A DNA stretch of 63,342 bases, counting the filler, from Circinaria calcarea (taxonomy: Eukaryota), in the NCBI GenBank assembly GCA_051942165.1. It is 39 parts of 39 records of this genome, joined end to end, with 100 filler letters (N's around TTAATTAATTAA, not from the genome) between each part and the next. Parts side by side here need not be neighbours in the genome. Positions count along the whole stretch, not along the records: positions 39,144 to 40,669 come from JAVECS010004586.1; positions 40,770 to 42,292 come from JAVECS010004587.1; positions 42,393 to 43,915 come from JAVECS010004588.1; positions 44,016 to 45,538 come from JAVECS010004589.1; positions 45,639 to 47,159 come from JAVECS010004590.1; positions 47,260 to 48,780 come from JAVECS010004591.1; positions 48,881 to 50,399 come from JAVECS010004592.1; positions 50,500 to 52,018 come from JAVECS010004593.1; 31 more parts are not named here. One strand, 5' to 3'. This document shows, piece by piece, positions 39,044 through 51,399 of the stretch. Numbering within the stretch: the first letter of the stretch is position 1; each line of letters begins with the position of its first letter. The notes under the pieces were generated by a model. The model was given only the letters and a program-made list of their open reading frames with translations, did no database searches and was not told the DNA's origin. The position numbers and the translations under genes were made by a program.

Positions 39044-39143
39044 NNNNNNNNNNNNNNNNNNNNNNNNNNNNNNNNNNNNNNNNNNNNTTAATTAATTAAN
39101 NNNNNNNNNNNNNNNNNNNNNNNNNNNNNNNNNNNNNNNNNNN

Positions 39144-39262
39144 CTTCTTTCTTCTTTCTTCTTTCTTCTTTCTTCTTTCTTCTTTCTTCTTTCTTCTTTC
39201 TTCTTTCTTCTTTCTTCTTTCTTCTTTCTTCTTTCTTCTTTCTTCTTTCTTCTTTCTTCTTC
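39144..39262 (+). repeat. (CTTCTTT)n heptanucleotide repeat
   Basis: Perfect 7-mer array at the contig start. Confidence 0.95.
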
Positions 39263-40169
39263 CGATCCCCTTGAAAACCATTTCAATAACCATTCAAATA
39301 ACAAAACAACTAACCAAACAAACCGGTAATGGAAAGTACAGGGAAAGTACAGGGAAACGGGACACGGGAAACGAGAAATACAAAGAAGAGAAGAAGGGTT
39401 AGCTGCTGTAGACATCATGGTGCGGGAGGACATTTGGCCTTGGGAGGGGGTTTTTTATTTTATTTTTGGAAGGGGGGAAGAAGTCTAAATACGTGGATTT
39501 GGGGTATGCTGGGTGTGACTTGTAAGAGGAGGGGGTCATAGATTTTCAAGTTAGGTTAGGGGGTATAGTTTATATTATTATGCGTGATACCCTGATAGCA
39601 GTAGTACGTTACTGATTGGTACAGTACAGATAAGTAATCCCGATAGACGAGGGGGCCAGTCATTAGCTTTTCAGGAATTACCAGTGGAACGTTTTGAGTG
39701 GCGCGCGCGGGGGGAAATCAATCTATAACATTATAAGATCCTAACCATAGGGATAGGGCGGCAAAAAGACACCCAGCTGCACTATTGGGCGGCGAGGGCC
39801 TGTACCCTGGATAATGGCTAAAAGATCATTCAAAGAACCAAAAAATTTAAATGTAGGCACGAATATAAGCAAAACTCATCTGTGCGCCAAATTGAGAGGT
39901 CGCCTTTCGGTCAACTAACTGCAACCCCACTGCAGCCCAGACCCTTAACCTCTGTAAGAACTCACCTACTCTCATCTCAGCAAGAGTCTTCGCAGACAAG
40001 GCGTTTGTTTGAAAAAAAGGGGGGGAGCGGCGAGGTTGGCTTCCTTAGTCGCGAGGTTTGAGGACAACGAAAAGATCGCCTCGGGGGAGAATGTATGATC
40101 GCCAGGTAGCTGAGAGCGAGGCGTCCTTGTTCGCAAGGTGGCAGTCGTAGTTGGTGAGGATATGGGCGA

Positions 40170-40553
40170 GAATCAGCTTCTCGCTGAGCTTCCAGCCCCT
40201 GTCGGAAGCGATGCTGACCGAAATCGGCCGCCCGGGGTGGGAACTCGTTGGGCTTGAGTCCGGCCGACGGCCCGCTGATCGTCGTCCTGCTCTACAGCTA
40301 CTGGACCGACGCGAGCGATGACAAGACGGTGATCAGCTTGCAGTAGGTGTTCCTGCGGTAAGTGGAGCGACTGGCGGCGACCAGGGGCAAGGCGTCCGCG
40401 TTCAAGTTTATGCCTTACGCGTATGCGGGCCAAGATCCGATTGACGGATACGGTTCGACGAGCAAAGCCAAGTTGCAGGCTACGAGTAGGAAATACGACC
40501 CCGATGGATTCTTTCAGAAGGGAGTTCTCGGAGGGTTCAAGCTGTTTCCATAG
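40170..40553 (+). pseudogene. FAD-linked oxidase (VAO/berberine-bridge-like) C-terminal remnant
   Basis: LSFQPLSEAMLT [frameshift] SAARGGNSLGL...SLQ*VFLR*VERLA...YAYAGQDPIDGYG...KYDPDGFFQKGVLGGFKL. Two in-frame stops and one frameshift. Confidence 0.8.
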
Positions 40554-41079
40554 ATTAATAGTAATCGCTTCTATGCCCGAATCGAGATCATTCTTCCTAC
40601 CAAAAACTACCAAAGATGCACATATCTCACAGCGATGCCAAGCCCTGCAAAAACTCCGGGGGTATCGCCNNNNNNNNNNNNNNNNNNNNNNNNNNNNNNN
40701 NNNNNNNNNNNNNTTAATTAATTAANNNNNNNNNNNNNNNNNNNNNNNNNNNNNNNNNNNNNNNNNNNNTTTATATATTTACGCGAATTTATAAAGCTTA
40801 TTATTATATAATTTATTAATTTTTATTAATAATTTGAATATTAATAATTTTTATATAATTTTATATAATTTTTATTTAAATTCCGAAATAATAAAAGTTT
40901 TTTTATATATTTTTATTCCTTTTTTTTCACGGGTAAAATTAATTAAAATAATTAATTTTTACGGAATAAAAATTTTATTTATTATTTAATATTTAAAATT
41001 TTTTATTAATTTATTTTTTATCATAAGCCCTCCTCTTATTATTTTAACTCGGGGTATTCCCGACCACCCTAACCCTAAC

Positions 41080-41436
41080 TGTTATGGCGCGACGCCATAC
41101 CCTGGCAGGCCGAGTGCCGGAACAGAGGAACCAGGAGCCGGGGGGTTCCCGGGTGCTCCCAGGACTTGGCAGGGAGCAGTGGGAGTATATCACGTGTTAT
41201 ATTCCCGGTGGTTCTTAAGGATCCCAGGGAGCGGAGGGATCACTGGGGAGCATTAATAATATATAGATAGGCTATTCCGCGCTCTTTAGAATAGTATATT
41301 TATAGACCGTGTTCAATATTACTCCTTGATATTGAGCCTAGGGCAATAGTTTAACTACACCCTATGTAACCGTGCTATTACCGATCGGGACTTATCATAT
41401 TCCTCAATAAGCCCCAAGGATCGCAGCGCCCTTACA
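41080..41436 (+). mobile_element. Solo LTR (357 bp) with 5-bp TSD CTAAC
   Basis: TGTTA...TTACA ends. CTAAC at 41075-41079 and 41437-41441. Homologous to 25536-25888. Confidence 0.92.
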
Positions 41437-42392
41437 CTAACCTCCTCCCTTCTCCCTCCCGAAAACCCCCCGCAAATCCCAATCCCTCGAATAAAATAAA
41501 ACTAAGCCCCCATTCCAATACCTTAAACCCCCCCCCCCGGGGGCGGCCAAGGGGATGGTTTTCCTCTTTTTCCCAGGCCCAATAACCGGTAACCCCGATT
41601 CTATTGTATCCTATCCCATCCTGTCCTAATGGTACTCGGTAACAGTCGGTAGTTATGTTCCTTAGGGGCTTCCCCTTCCTCCCCCCACCTTCACAACGGA
41701 AATAGGAGGCCTTGCGTTGAGGTTCTTGGAGACTGATATTGGAGATTTCCAAACTTGGGGGGTACTTGGCATGAAGTTCTGCATATTATACCCCAGAAAA
41801 ATTCTCGGGGATATGAATTTGCATAAATTTTTCCGCCTGAAGATAACAGAAACCTATCTTAACATGGGAACCCCACGGAATCGGGGGATCGGCAGAAAAG
41901 GGAATTCACCAAGGAGTCGGTTGTGTCATGTGTTTCCGTGGTAACGAGGATGATGTTTCGGACGTTTGTATTTACATTGTATATCTCCAACTGGGCAGAT
42001 ATACAGAAAAAAGGCCCCTATATCCATCCATCATTCCATCATTCCATCCACGGGGACATCCTTCCATCCTCCCCTTCCTCCCCTTCCCTGTCCCGGTGTG
42101 GACGTCGGGAATCTCCCTGTACAAGACTGATTGCCACTGTACCGCTAAAGTAACAAACCAAAAAACCTCCCCTTTTGGACAACGTAATAAGAAAAGCAGC
42201 TCACATCCACTCCAAAAACAGGGGGTATCATCAAATGCCCAACACATCATTTCCTCTTGAAAAGAATAGTAGGCCCCCCCCCAATCCCAGACNNNNNNNN
42301 NNNNNNNNNNNNNNNNNNNNNNNNNNNNNNNNNNNNTTAATTAATTAANNNNNNNNNNNNNNNNNNNNNNNNNNNNNNNNNNNNNNNNNNNN

Positions 42393-42628
42393 AGGAGAAG
42401 GAAGAGGCGCGGTCGTCAGCACAAACCGAGCTGGACGACATGTTTATGGTGTTGGGAGACCTGGAAGAGAAGCGGGAAAGAGACAAGGTACCGTTATCCG
42501 CATTGTGGCCACAAGTCCGCTTGACTGACGGATAGCACCAGAAACGTTTGAGAGCTCTGGGAGAACAGATTTCGGATGCGGAGGATGAAATTGACCAAAT
42601 TCCGGCCAACGAGAACGATACAGGGTAA
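42393..42628 (+). CDS. USO1: Vesicle tethering factor Uso1/p115, C-terminal end; intron 42488-42541
   Basis: EKEEARSSAQTELDDMFMVLGDLEEKRERDK | KRLRALGEQISDAEDE..*. Confidence 0.82.
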
Positions 42629-44050
42629 TTCAATCGGTGTAAGCGGCAGGTGGAAGATAGCATCCGCATTTCTGTGTGCATGCGCTTCGCCCAGGATGCT
42701 AGGCTACTCACGCACGCATCCGTCCTGCATGACTTGACACGAGCTTCACCTTCCGCGTTGATCTTATACCCTAAAATGCTTCGGATCTTGGAGGCTGTAC
42801 GTCAGGGATACTCGCTGGCATGCACCCTACACACGACTGCAAGACTGTTGTGGGAAGGGAAGCACGTCGACTTTGAGGCACTGGTGTCCGACTACGCCCT
42901 CGGCCAGTGACCGAATATCTCCTCCGGGTGCTCACTTCCTTCAGTTAGTGGTTCTCAGGGCTTGGGGTAGATGCAATCAGACATCCATGGTCAGCTTTGG
43001 GTGTTGGGCCTGATGTAGCTACAGACCTCCGTTGTGCACCAACCTGATGTCTTGGAAATATATGATTGATCTTCCTATTCTGCACAACGTAGTCATCATG
43101 ATCTTTCGCAGCATTCCCTGTTGAAGCCAGTACGATCAAACTGCAGAGCCCGCGTGTTTGGAAGACTGCGGCAGTTCATGCAGCGTAGTGGCCTACAGGT
43201 ACAAGTCAGATTATTGTATGCGCATTCCCGGCGAACTTGAAAACCTCAAAATTGCTTCGAATAGGTAAGAACCGTGAATCTTGTTGATAGTCTACCTCCA
43301 CGAGGCTTTTTCAACTGAAGACTCCGTATGCACTCGATCTAATAGTATTGCATTATCTACGTCATCCCTGGACTCTTCTTGTATGAACGTAGGAATCAAC
43401 TCGGGATTTTCCAAAAATCTAAGGGTCTGTTTGGAGACCCCCGTTTGTTGGAATCGATTGTCAAAATCGTTTTTGGACCCTGAAAATTGCCAAATGGGCG
43501 TTTGGTAAACAGCGTTTTTTGATTTTGCCAAAAACGATTGTCAGAAACGTTTTTGCGAATACATACAAATTTAGTGCCTTGGCATAAATAGGTCCGGACC
43601 TATTTATGGTGATTTTGGAAATCGATTTTGCGCTAAGAAACACAACAAAATACATAATAAAATAGATAATATCGATGAATTTTATATTGTACAGGCAGTA
43701 ATCATTATCCTGACTTATTATATATCAATTGAATATATTACCAACCCTCGTAGTACTTCTATTTTGAACGGTGAAGTGTTATGGCTATAACATACGAGTG
43801 CAACACCGTGGTGATAAGGTGACGGATTAGGTCTAGCGTGGTTTAGCGTTAGCGAGCCTTGGCGGGTTGCTTATATTCGCGTGTCCCAGACACCTTCAAT
43901 CCTTATGTTATTCTANNNNNNNNNNNNNNNNNNNNNNNNNNNNNNNNNNNNNNNNNNNNTTAATTAATTAANNNNNNNNNNNNNNNNNNNNNNNNNNNNN
44001 NNNNNNNNNNNNNNNACTTACGATCTTCGACTCAATCTACGTTCCTCAAA

Positions 44051-45035
44051 ATGAAGGCCACATTCATCTTCGCCCTTTTTGCTCTCCCTTTTGCGTTCGC
44101 CAAAGAAGGCGATTCCTGTACCTACAACGGTCTTAAAGGCACTTGCAGGAATGTAAGCAAATGTACCTCAGGTAAGTGCGACGAAGTCTGTGGAAGTCAC
44201 CGCTCATTTTCAAATTTCAGGATTTACCGTAAACAATTTCTGTCCGAATGACCCGGCCGACGTCAAATGCTGCATTAGCAAATCATGCACAAGTGCAAGC
44301 GGGAAGCCAGGTGAATGCCTCAACAATGGTCGATCGAAATGCTCCGGAACCTTTGTTACTGGCCGATGCCCTGGACCAAACGATGTCCAATGCTGTGTTG
44401 CCGGTAGCGCACCAAGCAACGATGTCGTCGTCGACTTTTGGATCAACGCCTTCATTCCATTGAACGTTGCCGGAGTCACTAAACCCTATCCCAAAGATCG
44501 CAGCAAGACTATGATCAACGGAATACCCATCATCGGTGACTGCTTCCTCACTGATCAACGAGGCTTCAGTAGCGCCAGTGGCGCAAAAGCGAGAATGCAT
44601 TCTCAGGCCCGGGTATGGGTCAAACCTGATGGCTACCAGTGGTCACAAAACCACTATTGCGGTGAAACAACAGAGGTTGACTGTGAAGATGGTGATGTGG
44701 AGGGAAGAAAGACCCAAAATAATGACAACATGGCTTTCGGGGTGTTGAGTGGTTCTTCCACTAAGGTCGTCCTTGATTTTAAAGCTGCCGAAAACAATCC
44801 TCTGGTCACTGGTTCACCAAATATCGATCTGATAGGAACCTTGACCGTTGACCGCGTGAACAAGTTTGTCGAGTTTGTGGGCAAGGTTGATGAGTTTCCA
44901 GCTTTTGAGGCGTACATCTCAATCAATGGAGGTTCTCCCCGTACGGTCGCTCAACTCGGACCAAAACCAGGTGCTGGGCCAGAATCGTTAGTAGGGGCTG
45001 CAAATAGGTCTTTTCGGGGGAGAGTTAGTTTCTGA
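44051..45035 (+). CDS. Complete secreted protein: signal peptide, two Cys-rich repeats, DUF3238-like C-terminal domain; intron 44172-44220
   Basis: MKATFIFALFALPFAFA signal. Repeats C..G.C...C..G....CP.D..DVKCC and CPGPNDVQCC. C-domain WINAFIP, FLTDQRGFS, AENNPL..SPNID, GKVDEFPAFEAY. A GTAAGT..CAG intron joins the two ORFs in frame. Confidence 0.88.
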
Positions 45036-47259
45036 TCGGATAAGAGCGCTTTGTAGGTAGCATCACAGGCCTCAAGCGCCTTCGACTCTGCAAGTACAGT
45101 GTCACTCGCGAAAGAAAGCTCATTCGGCGTGGACTATCTGAGTGACCTATAGCAGGATAAGCAAGCATCGGCGGATGTAATGTCAGACACTTCTCGTCAT
45201 CTGCTGCCTCATTCGCATGTGTATTGAATTCGTCGCTTTTCTCCATTGCCATGTCTTGTAGGTTCCACCAAGTACAAAGCCCTAGCTACGCAACTGTTGG
45301 GGTTCCCAGTCAAATCACAAGTGTTGATTTGGGTAGGGTGATACTGGGGCTCCCCGTATGCGGCAGCTGGCATTGTACGATCCACTGCGTACAACCAGAG
45401 GGTGCGGGCCCCCGATGTGGTATGTCGACTTGAAGGTGAAAGTGTCGCCGTTGTATATGGGCTCGTCCTGCCTGTATAACTGCGTCTTGAGCATGCCGCA
45501 TGAGGCATGTTGTCACTCCCATACAAGTCCTGCAGTCANNNNNNNNNNNNNNNNNNNNNNNNNNNNNNNNNNNNNNNNNNNNTTAATTAATTAANNNNNN
45601 NNNNNNNNNNNNNNNNNNNNNNNNNNNNNNNNNNNNNNCTTTCCCCCCCCCCCCCCCCCACCTCTATATATTATCAACGATGCACTTTCCGAGATGTGGT
45701 GTTCAAGGACAGTAAGTTCTCCCATTCATTCTTATTCTTTAGGCTGATTTCACTTTGAAGTTTAACCCCTTTGCTGCCACCATCTGCAAAGCGCAGTGTC
45801 TTTATTCAGGGAGCCGTATAAGACCGCAAAAAACCTCATTTTATTTAATAACCCAGCTGTATTATTCGCGAATTGAACCTCTTCGAACGACGGCTGTTAT
45901 ATTTCGAGGTGTAAAAGGTTTTATAAGAGCAGCGATTTAAAGCAATTTAAAAAAACAATAAAATATAGAGAGAAGGATTTGGGGCGGAGGTGGTAGTAAA
46001 GGAATATAGTAAATAATTATATATAAAAACTTAAATAAAAAATAAATAAAATATTATATTAATAAAATATATAGCAGGTAAAGTGTTAATACTTTTTTTA
46101 TTTATAAATTATTTATTTAATTATTATAGGGTAAATACGGGCTACGCTGCGGAGCAACTCCGGAGCCTCCGGTGGCAATAATGATCGGAGGGGTGTTTCG
46201 GTGATAAATGTGTTATAGGGCCGGGGGAGAGAGGATGCATGGGAGTAATAAAGGGTTAGGGGAGTGCGTGGCAGACATGGTAGGGGTGCGTGGGAGCAAG
46301 AAACAACATTCTTAGGGAGTGACGTGATAGACATCACGCCGATTATTTTCCTGTTCTTGGAAAGAAAGAAGAGAAAGAAGCCTTGGGGTAGTGGTGGGTT
46401 TCATACCGGGGGCGTAATCGACCAGGCTTTTCCCATTCGCAAGAGGATGGAGAAAGAAAAGCTCTAATAGCCGGGTTTGGGGGGGGGGGGTAGAAAACCA
46501 AACTTATTCTGTTGGAAATGCCAAGAGTAGATACGAGTAAGTATACCTAGCCCGAAAAAACATCATCACCCCCCCCGCACAACATACGTACGGCAATAAT
46601 TGGATTGATATTGTTGGAAGTCATAGGGCTTACCGAGGCATGTGTTGCTTAGGAGGTCCATGCTTAACACTTCCGCACACCATAAAAGCACTTTTTCGTA
46701 GCATAGATAGTTCCTTAGTTACATAGGTAGAAATGCCACCATACATTCTACTGCCCAACAGATATAAATGATCCCAACCACTCACGTAAACTGAACCGAA
46801 AGCACCCCCCATCTCGGCATTGTTTTTTTCTATCTACTTTCTTTTGGCCGTGGCTCTTTGTATTCTATCTCTATCCCCTTTTTTTCATATTTTATCCCAT
46901 TTCATCCCATCCCCATCCCATCTCATGCGATACGCCCCTATCCCTACCTGCCTCATTTCTATCCCCCTTTACCCTTCTCCCCCCTTGCTCCGTCCAAATC
47001 CTCAAAAAGAACCCCCACTCCCTCGGCTCGAGCTTAGATAGATAGTCCAAGGGCCGCCGGCAGCGTGCGGAAACGCAAACGGAAATGCAAACACGAACGC
47101 GAACGCAGATGCAGATGGGAGAGCAAACGTTATAAGAAAATGGGAAAAGGGAAGAAGCTNNNNNNNNNNNNNNNNNNNNNNNNNNNNNNNNNNNNNNNNN
47201 NNNTTAATTAATTAANNNNNNNNNNNNNNNNNNNNNNNNNNNNNNNNNNNNNNNNNNNN

Positions 47260-48780
47260 TCTCTGTCAAGCGCGCAGAGGAAGACTTCGCGGAGCTTAGC
47301 CGGGAGCTTTCCCATGTATCGCAGCAGAGTCGAAAGCGGTCGAGGAGCCTAGGTCCTAAGACCGACGTGAACGAGAGGGATGTCGAGAAAACGGGAACAA
47401 GTTCGGAGGAGTTGGAGAGCGAGCCATTTGACCTGGAGCAGGCATTGAGGGGCGCCAAGGAGCAAGATGCGCAATACGGAATCAAGTCGAAGCGGATAGG
47501 GGTTATCTGGGAAAACCTAAGTGTCAACGGGCTCGGAGGAGAAAAGAGCATCGTCAAGACCTTTCCCAGCGCTTTTGTCGATTTCTTTAATGTACCCGGC
47601 ACAATAATGCGCTTGTTTGGATACCGAAGAAAGGGTAAGGAGTTTGAGATTTTGAAGGACTTCAGGGGAGTGGCGAAGCCAGGGGAAATGATTCTGGTCC
47701 TAGGACGCCCGGGGTCAGGTTGCACGTCTTTTCTGAAAGTTATTGCCAACCAACGCTTCGGGTACACGAAGGTTGAAGGTGAAGTGCAGTATGGGCCGTA
47801 TGATGCTCAGACTTTTGAGAAAAGATATCGAGGGGAGGCTGTATACAATCAAGAAGATGACGTTCATCATCCTACGTTGACGGGTAGGTCTTATTCCAGA
47901 CTGTTGTTATAACTTACTTTCTCATTTGAATTCCTTACCGTTTGTAGTTGGCCAAACCCTTGGATTTGCACTGGACACCAAAACTCCCGGGAAGAGACCG
48001 GATGGTATGACCAAGAGAGATTTCAAAACAAAGGTTATCGACTTGCTGTTAAAGATGTTCAACATTGAGCATACTCTAAATACAATCGTTGGTAATCCAT
48101 TCGTGCGTGGAATTTCAGGGGGCGAACGAAAAAGGGTATCCATAGCAGAGATGATGGTTTGTGCCTCCACGATTTGAAGGTTTCAATCTAACAATTCGCA
48201 GATAACTTCCGCAACGGTATGTATACAGCACCTACCGTCCGGACAAAAAACCTAACGAAACACAGGTTTGTAGCTGGGACAACTCCACCCGAGGACTAGA
48301 TGCATCCACTGCACTGGATTACGCTAAGAGCCTTAGGATCATGACCAATATATACAAGACGACAACGTTTGTAAGCCTTTATCAGGCGTCGAACAACATC
48401 TACGCACAATTTGACAAGGTGATGGTCATAGACGGTGGGCGCCTAGCCTATTTCGGACCAGCTAGTGAGGCTCGGGGGTACTTTGAAGGTCTTGGATTCA
48501 AAGAGAAGCCACGCCAGACGACCCCAGATTACCTGACCGGGGTCACTGATCCATTCGAACGCGAGTATAAGGAAGGATTCGCAACGTCGGCTCCATCCGA
48601 TTCTGCTTCACTTGCAAAGGCTTTCAATGACTCTATATTTTCGGCTCGGCTCTCCGAGGAAATGACTGCGTATCGGATGAAACTGGAAGCAGAGAGGGAG
48701 ATATATGCGGAGTTCGAGATAGCGCATCATGAAGCGAAACGGAAACATACACCGAAGGTGTGTCATCGAAAATTCCCTCA
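47260..48780 (+). CDS. PDR-type (ABCG) ABC multidrug transporter, NBD1 region, partial; introns 47884-47947, 48157-48201, 48217-48265
   Basis: LVLGRPGSGC (degenerate Walker A), YNQEDDVH, VRGISGGERKRVSIAE, WDNSTRGLDASTALDY, SLYQAS. Confidence 0.97.
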
Positions 48781-48988
48781 NNNNNNNNNNNNNNNNNNNN
48801 NNNNNNNNNNNNNNNNNNNNNNNNTTAATTAATTAANNNNNNNNNNNNNNNNNNNNNNNNNNNNNNNNNNNNNNNNNNNNGATATTGTTACAATAATAAG
48901 CATTAATATATCTAAAGAAGGTTTATTCTTTTTATTGTGGTTTTTATATGTATTTTGTGTGTGTGTTCTAATGGGACCTTTTTTTTTT

Positions 48989-49057
48989 GCCATATCAGGA
49001 CCTCCTACTAATAAAGGTAACAGAAAGTTACCGAAACCACCTATTAATGCGGGCATA
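48989..49057 (-). CDS. cox1: Mitochondrial-type cytochrome c oxidase subunit 1 exon (69 nt); the preceding exon ends at about 50375-50399
   Basis: (V)[23 protein letters not shown]. The upstream exon VMIFFMV is at the other end of the contig. The contig is very AT-rich. Confidence 0.93.
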
Positions 49058-50374
49058 CGATTTTAATTAACTTTCATTAATGTTTGGACTATATCTTTAC
49101 CTTTAAATAAATAATATTTACTAAGGTATTTCACGTCTAGTCTCTGAGGATCCTACTAAATAAAAGTGTTTAATGCTACAATGAGCCCTTTTATCTTTGG
49201 TTTCCGGCTGATTGCCTAATCCTTTGAAATGTTACTGTATTCTGCAGCTTTTATTTAAAAATAAAGTCTGCAGTACTAGTTTCAAAGGCTCTTAAGGGAT
49301 TCCAGCATACAGTGAAAAGAAAGTAAACTATTTCTAGCTTACCCGGCCATGCCCTTTTTATATATTTAATTTTTCTATGAAAATTTTAATTTACCTCTAG
49401 AATAACCAGATTTATTCCCTTTTAGGTATTCTCTAATAACTTGACGATCACCTTTTAGCTGGTTAGCTAAACTATTCAAAGAATGAAATTCTTGATTTTT
49501 AGCTGAATCCTCTTTAAATTCAGCTAGAATAGCTTTAGCTGCGGGATGTTTAACCTTATATATATCCCGTTTATTTATAACTAAGTTCTTAATTTGATCC
49601 AAACTAAGTAAATTAGTTTGATTAGATTCTTCTATTAAATCTAAAGAAAAGAAAAGAAAAGAAAAGAAAAGAAAAGAAAAAAGTATCTAAGTATAAGGTA
49701 CCTAAATTTATACAATCATTTAAAGTATTATGATGAATATTTATTGAATTAGACATGTGTTGTTTTGATTTAAATAGATATAATAAAGTAAAATCATTAG
49801 CACTATAAACATATAGAGATCTACCTCTTTCTTTACGTAGCCTATCACGAATTTCTTGATTAATAGGTTCATGATATCCAGAACTACTAGCTATTAAGTC
49901 TACATTGAGATTTGGTTTTAGATTATCAATAAAATGTTGTTCTAATGCTACTACTTGTTCTAAACTAGATTTCTCATCCATAATATAAACAGTTAACTTC
50001 ATATTACTAAAACCATATTTATTTAAATAACGTAAAACTTTACGTGCTTTAGTTTTAAGTATGGAGGGCATAAAATAAGAACTTATTCTATTATATAAAT
50101 TAATAGAATGCCCTACATATAAATGCTTACCGTCCAAACTTTCTCATACATATATACTTGCTTCTTAGTTATTTTAAGTATAATATCTCTATTATTAAAA
50201 GGATCATTCACTAAAATCTTAACATACTTATATTTAGATTCTGAGCCTTGCTCCTTTAGCGAATATTTAGACTCTTTATTATAATCATTGTTGTTATTAC
50301 CTATAATTATAATATTGTTATTATCATTATTTAAAGAAAATTGAGATTTAAAATTAAATCTAAAAAATTTTTTG
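49058..50374 (-). mobile_element. Group I intron in cox1 (within the Val codon of FFMV-MP) carrying a frameshifted GIY-YIG homing endonuclease
   Basis: 5' splice site follows T and the intron ends in G (49058). The ORF is in frame with the upstream exon. IYVWESLDGKHLYVGHSINLYNRISSY (TGA=Trp) and LEQHFID.LKPNLN. Confidence 0.88.
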
Positions 50375-50499
50375 ACCATAAAAAAGATCATCACTATAGN
50401 NNNNNNNNNNNNNNNNNNNNNNNNNNNNNNNNNNNNNNNNNNNTTAATTAATTAANNNNNNNNNNNNNNNNNNNNNNNNNNNNNNNNNNNNNNNNNNNN

Positions 50500-51399
50500 C
50501 TACACTTGGTCCATTAGATACGGGGACGGCTCCAATGCAAGCGGCAATGTCTACTCAGATGGAGTCAGGGTAGGTGGGACGATGGTAAAAAATCAAGCCG
50601 TTGAGTCTGCGACTCAAGCGAGTTCGGGATTCATACGCGGCGCTACAGATGGCTTATGTGGGCTGGCTTTTGATAAGCTTAATACCGGTATATCAATTCA
50701 CAGTCTGTCTACAACTCACCCGCACCACTAACCTAATCCTGATTGCAGTTTCACCTATCAAGCAAAAAACCTTCTTCACCACGGCCATCGACCAAGGTCT
50801 CCCTCAAGCACTCTTCACCGCCAACCTCAAGGCCGGTGCTCCCGGTACTTATAATTTCGGCTACATTGACTCTTCTGAATATACCGGCTCCATCACCTAC
50901 ACTCCAGTCGACAGCTCCCGCGGATTCTGGACCTTCACCCCCACATCCATCATTATCGGAATTAGCAGGCCTCGACCGGGCGACACGGGTATCGCTGATA
51001 CCGGCACCACTCTCATGCTCCTCAGTGACAAAGTCGTCGCCGCTTACTATGCTCAAGTCACAGGCGCAACCAATAGCCCTTTTGCGGGTGGATACATTTT
51101 CCCCTGCAACACTGTGCTGCCTAATTTCACCGTCAATATTGGTCTGTATCGAGCTGTCGTTCCCGGTTCCTACATCAATTATGCTCCTGTTAGCAGAACT
51201 AGTAAGTCAAAGACTTTCCACCTACAATCCTCACAAAAACCGTCATTGCTAACATCAGACCCCAGTGTGCTATGGCGGAATCCAATCTGCTACTGGCATT
51301 GGATTCGCCATCTACGGTGACGTCTTCCTCAAGTCGCAATTTGTGGTCTTTGACCTGACAGGATCTGCGCCTCGTCTTGGGTTCGCGAATAAGGCTTAG
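50500..51399 (+). CDS. Pepsin-family (A1) aspartic protease, aspergillopepsin-like, 5' partial; introns 50688-50748 and 51202-51265
   Basis: [56 protein letters not shown]. Confidence 0.96.

Noticed and set aside
39092..39433. KKKEERR repeat protein
   Set aside because: Translation of a 7-bp microsatellite.
41068..41079. CCCTAA x2 as a telomere
   Set aside because: Only two units, internal, and overlapping the LTR target site.
43777..43915. TGTTATGG start as a fourth copy of the solo-LTR family
   Set aside because: Similarity stops after about 9 nt, the hairpin is absent and the contig ends. It may be a different LTR but cannot be supported.
12879..48780. Secondary-metabolite cluster (type III PKS, FAD oxidase, ABC transporter)
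   Set aside because: The genes lie on unrelated contigs ordered only by length.
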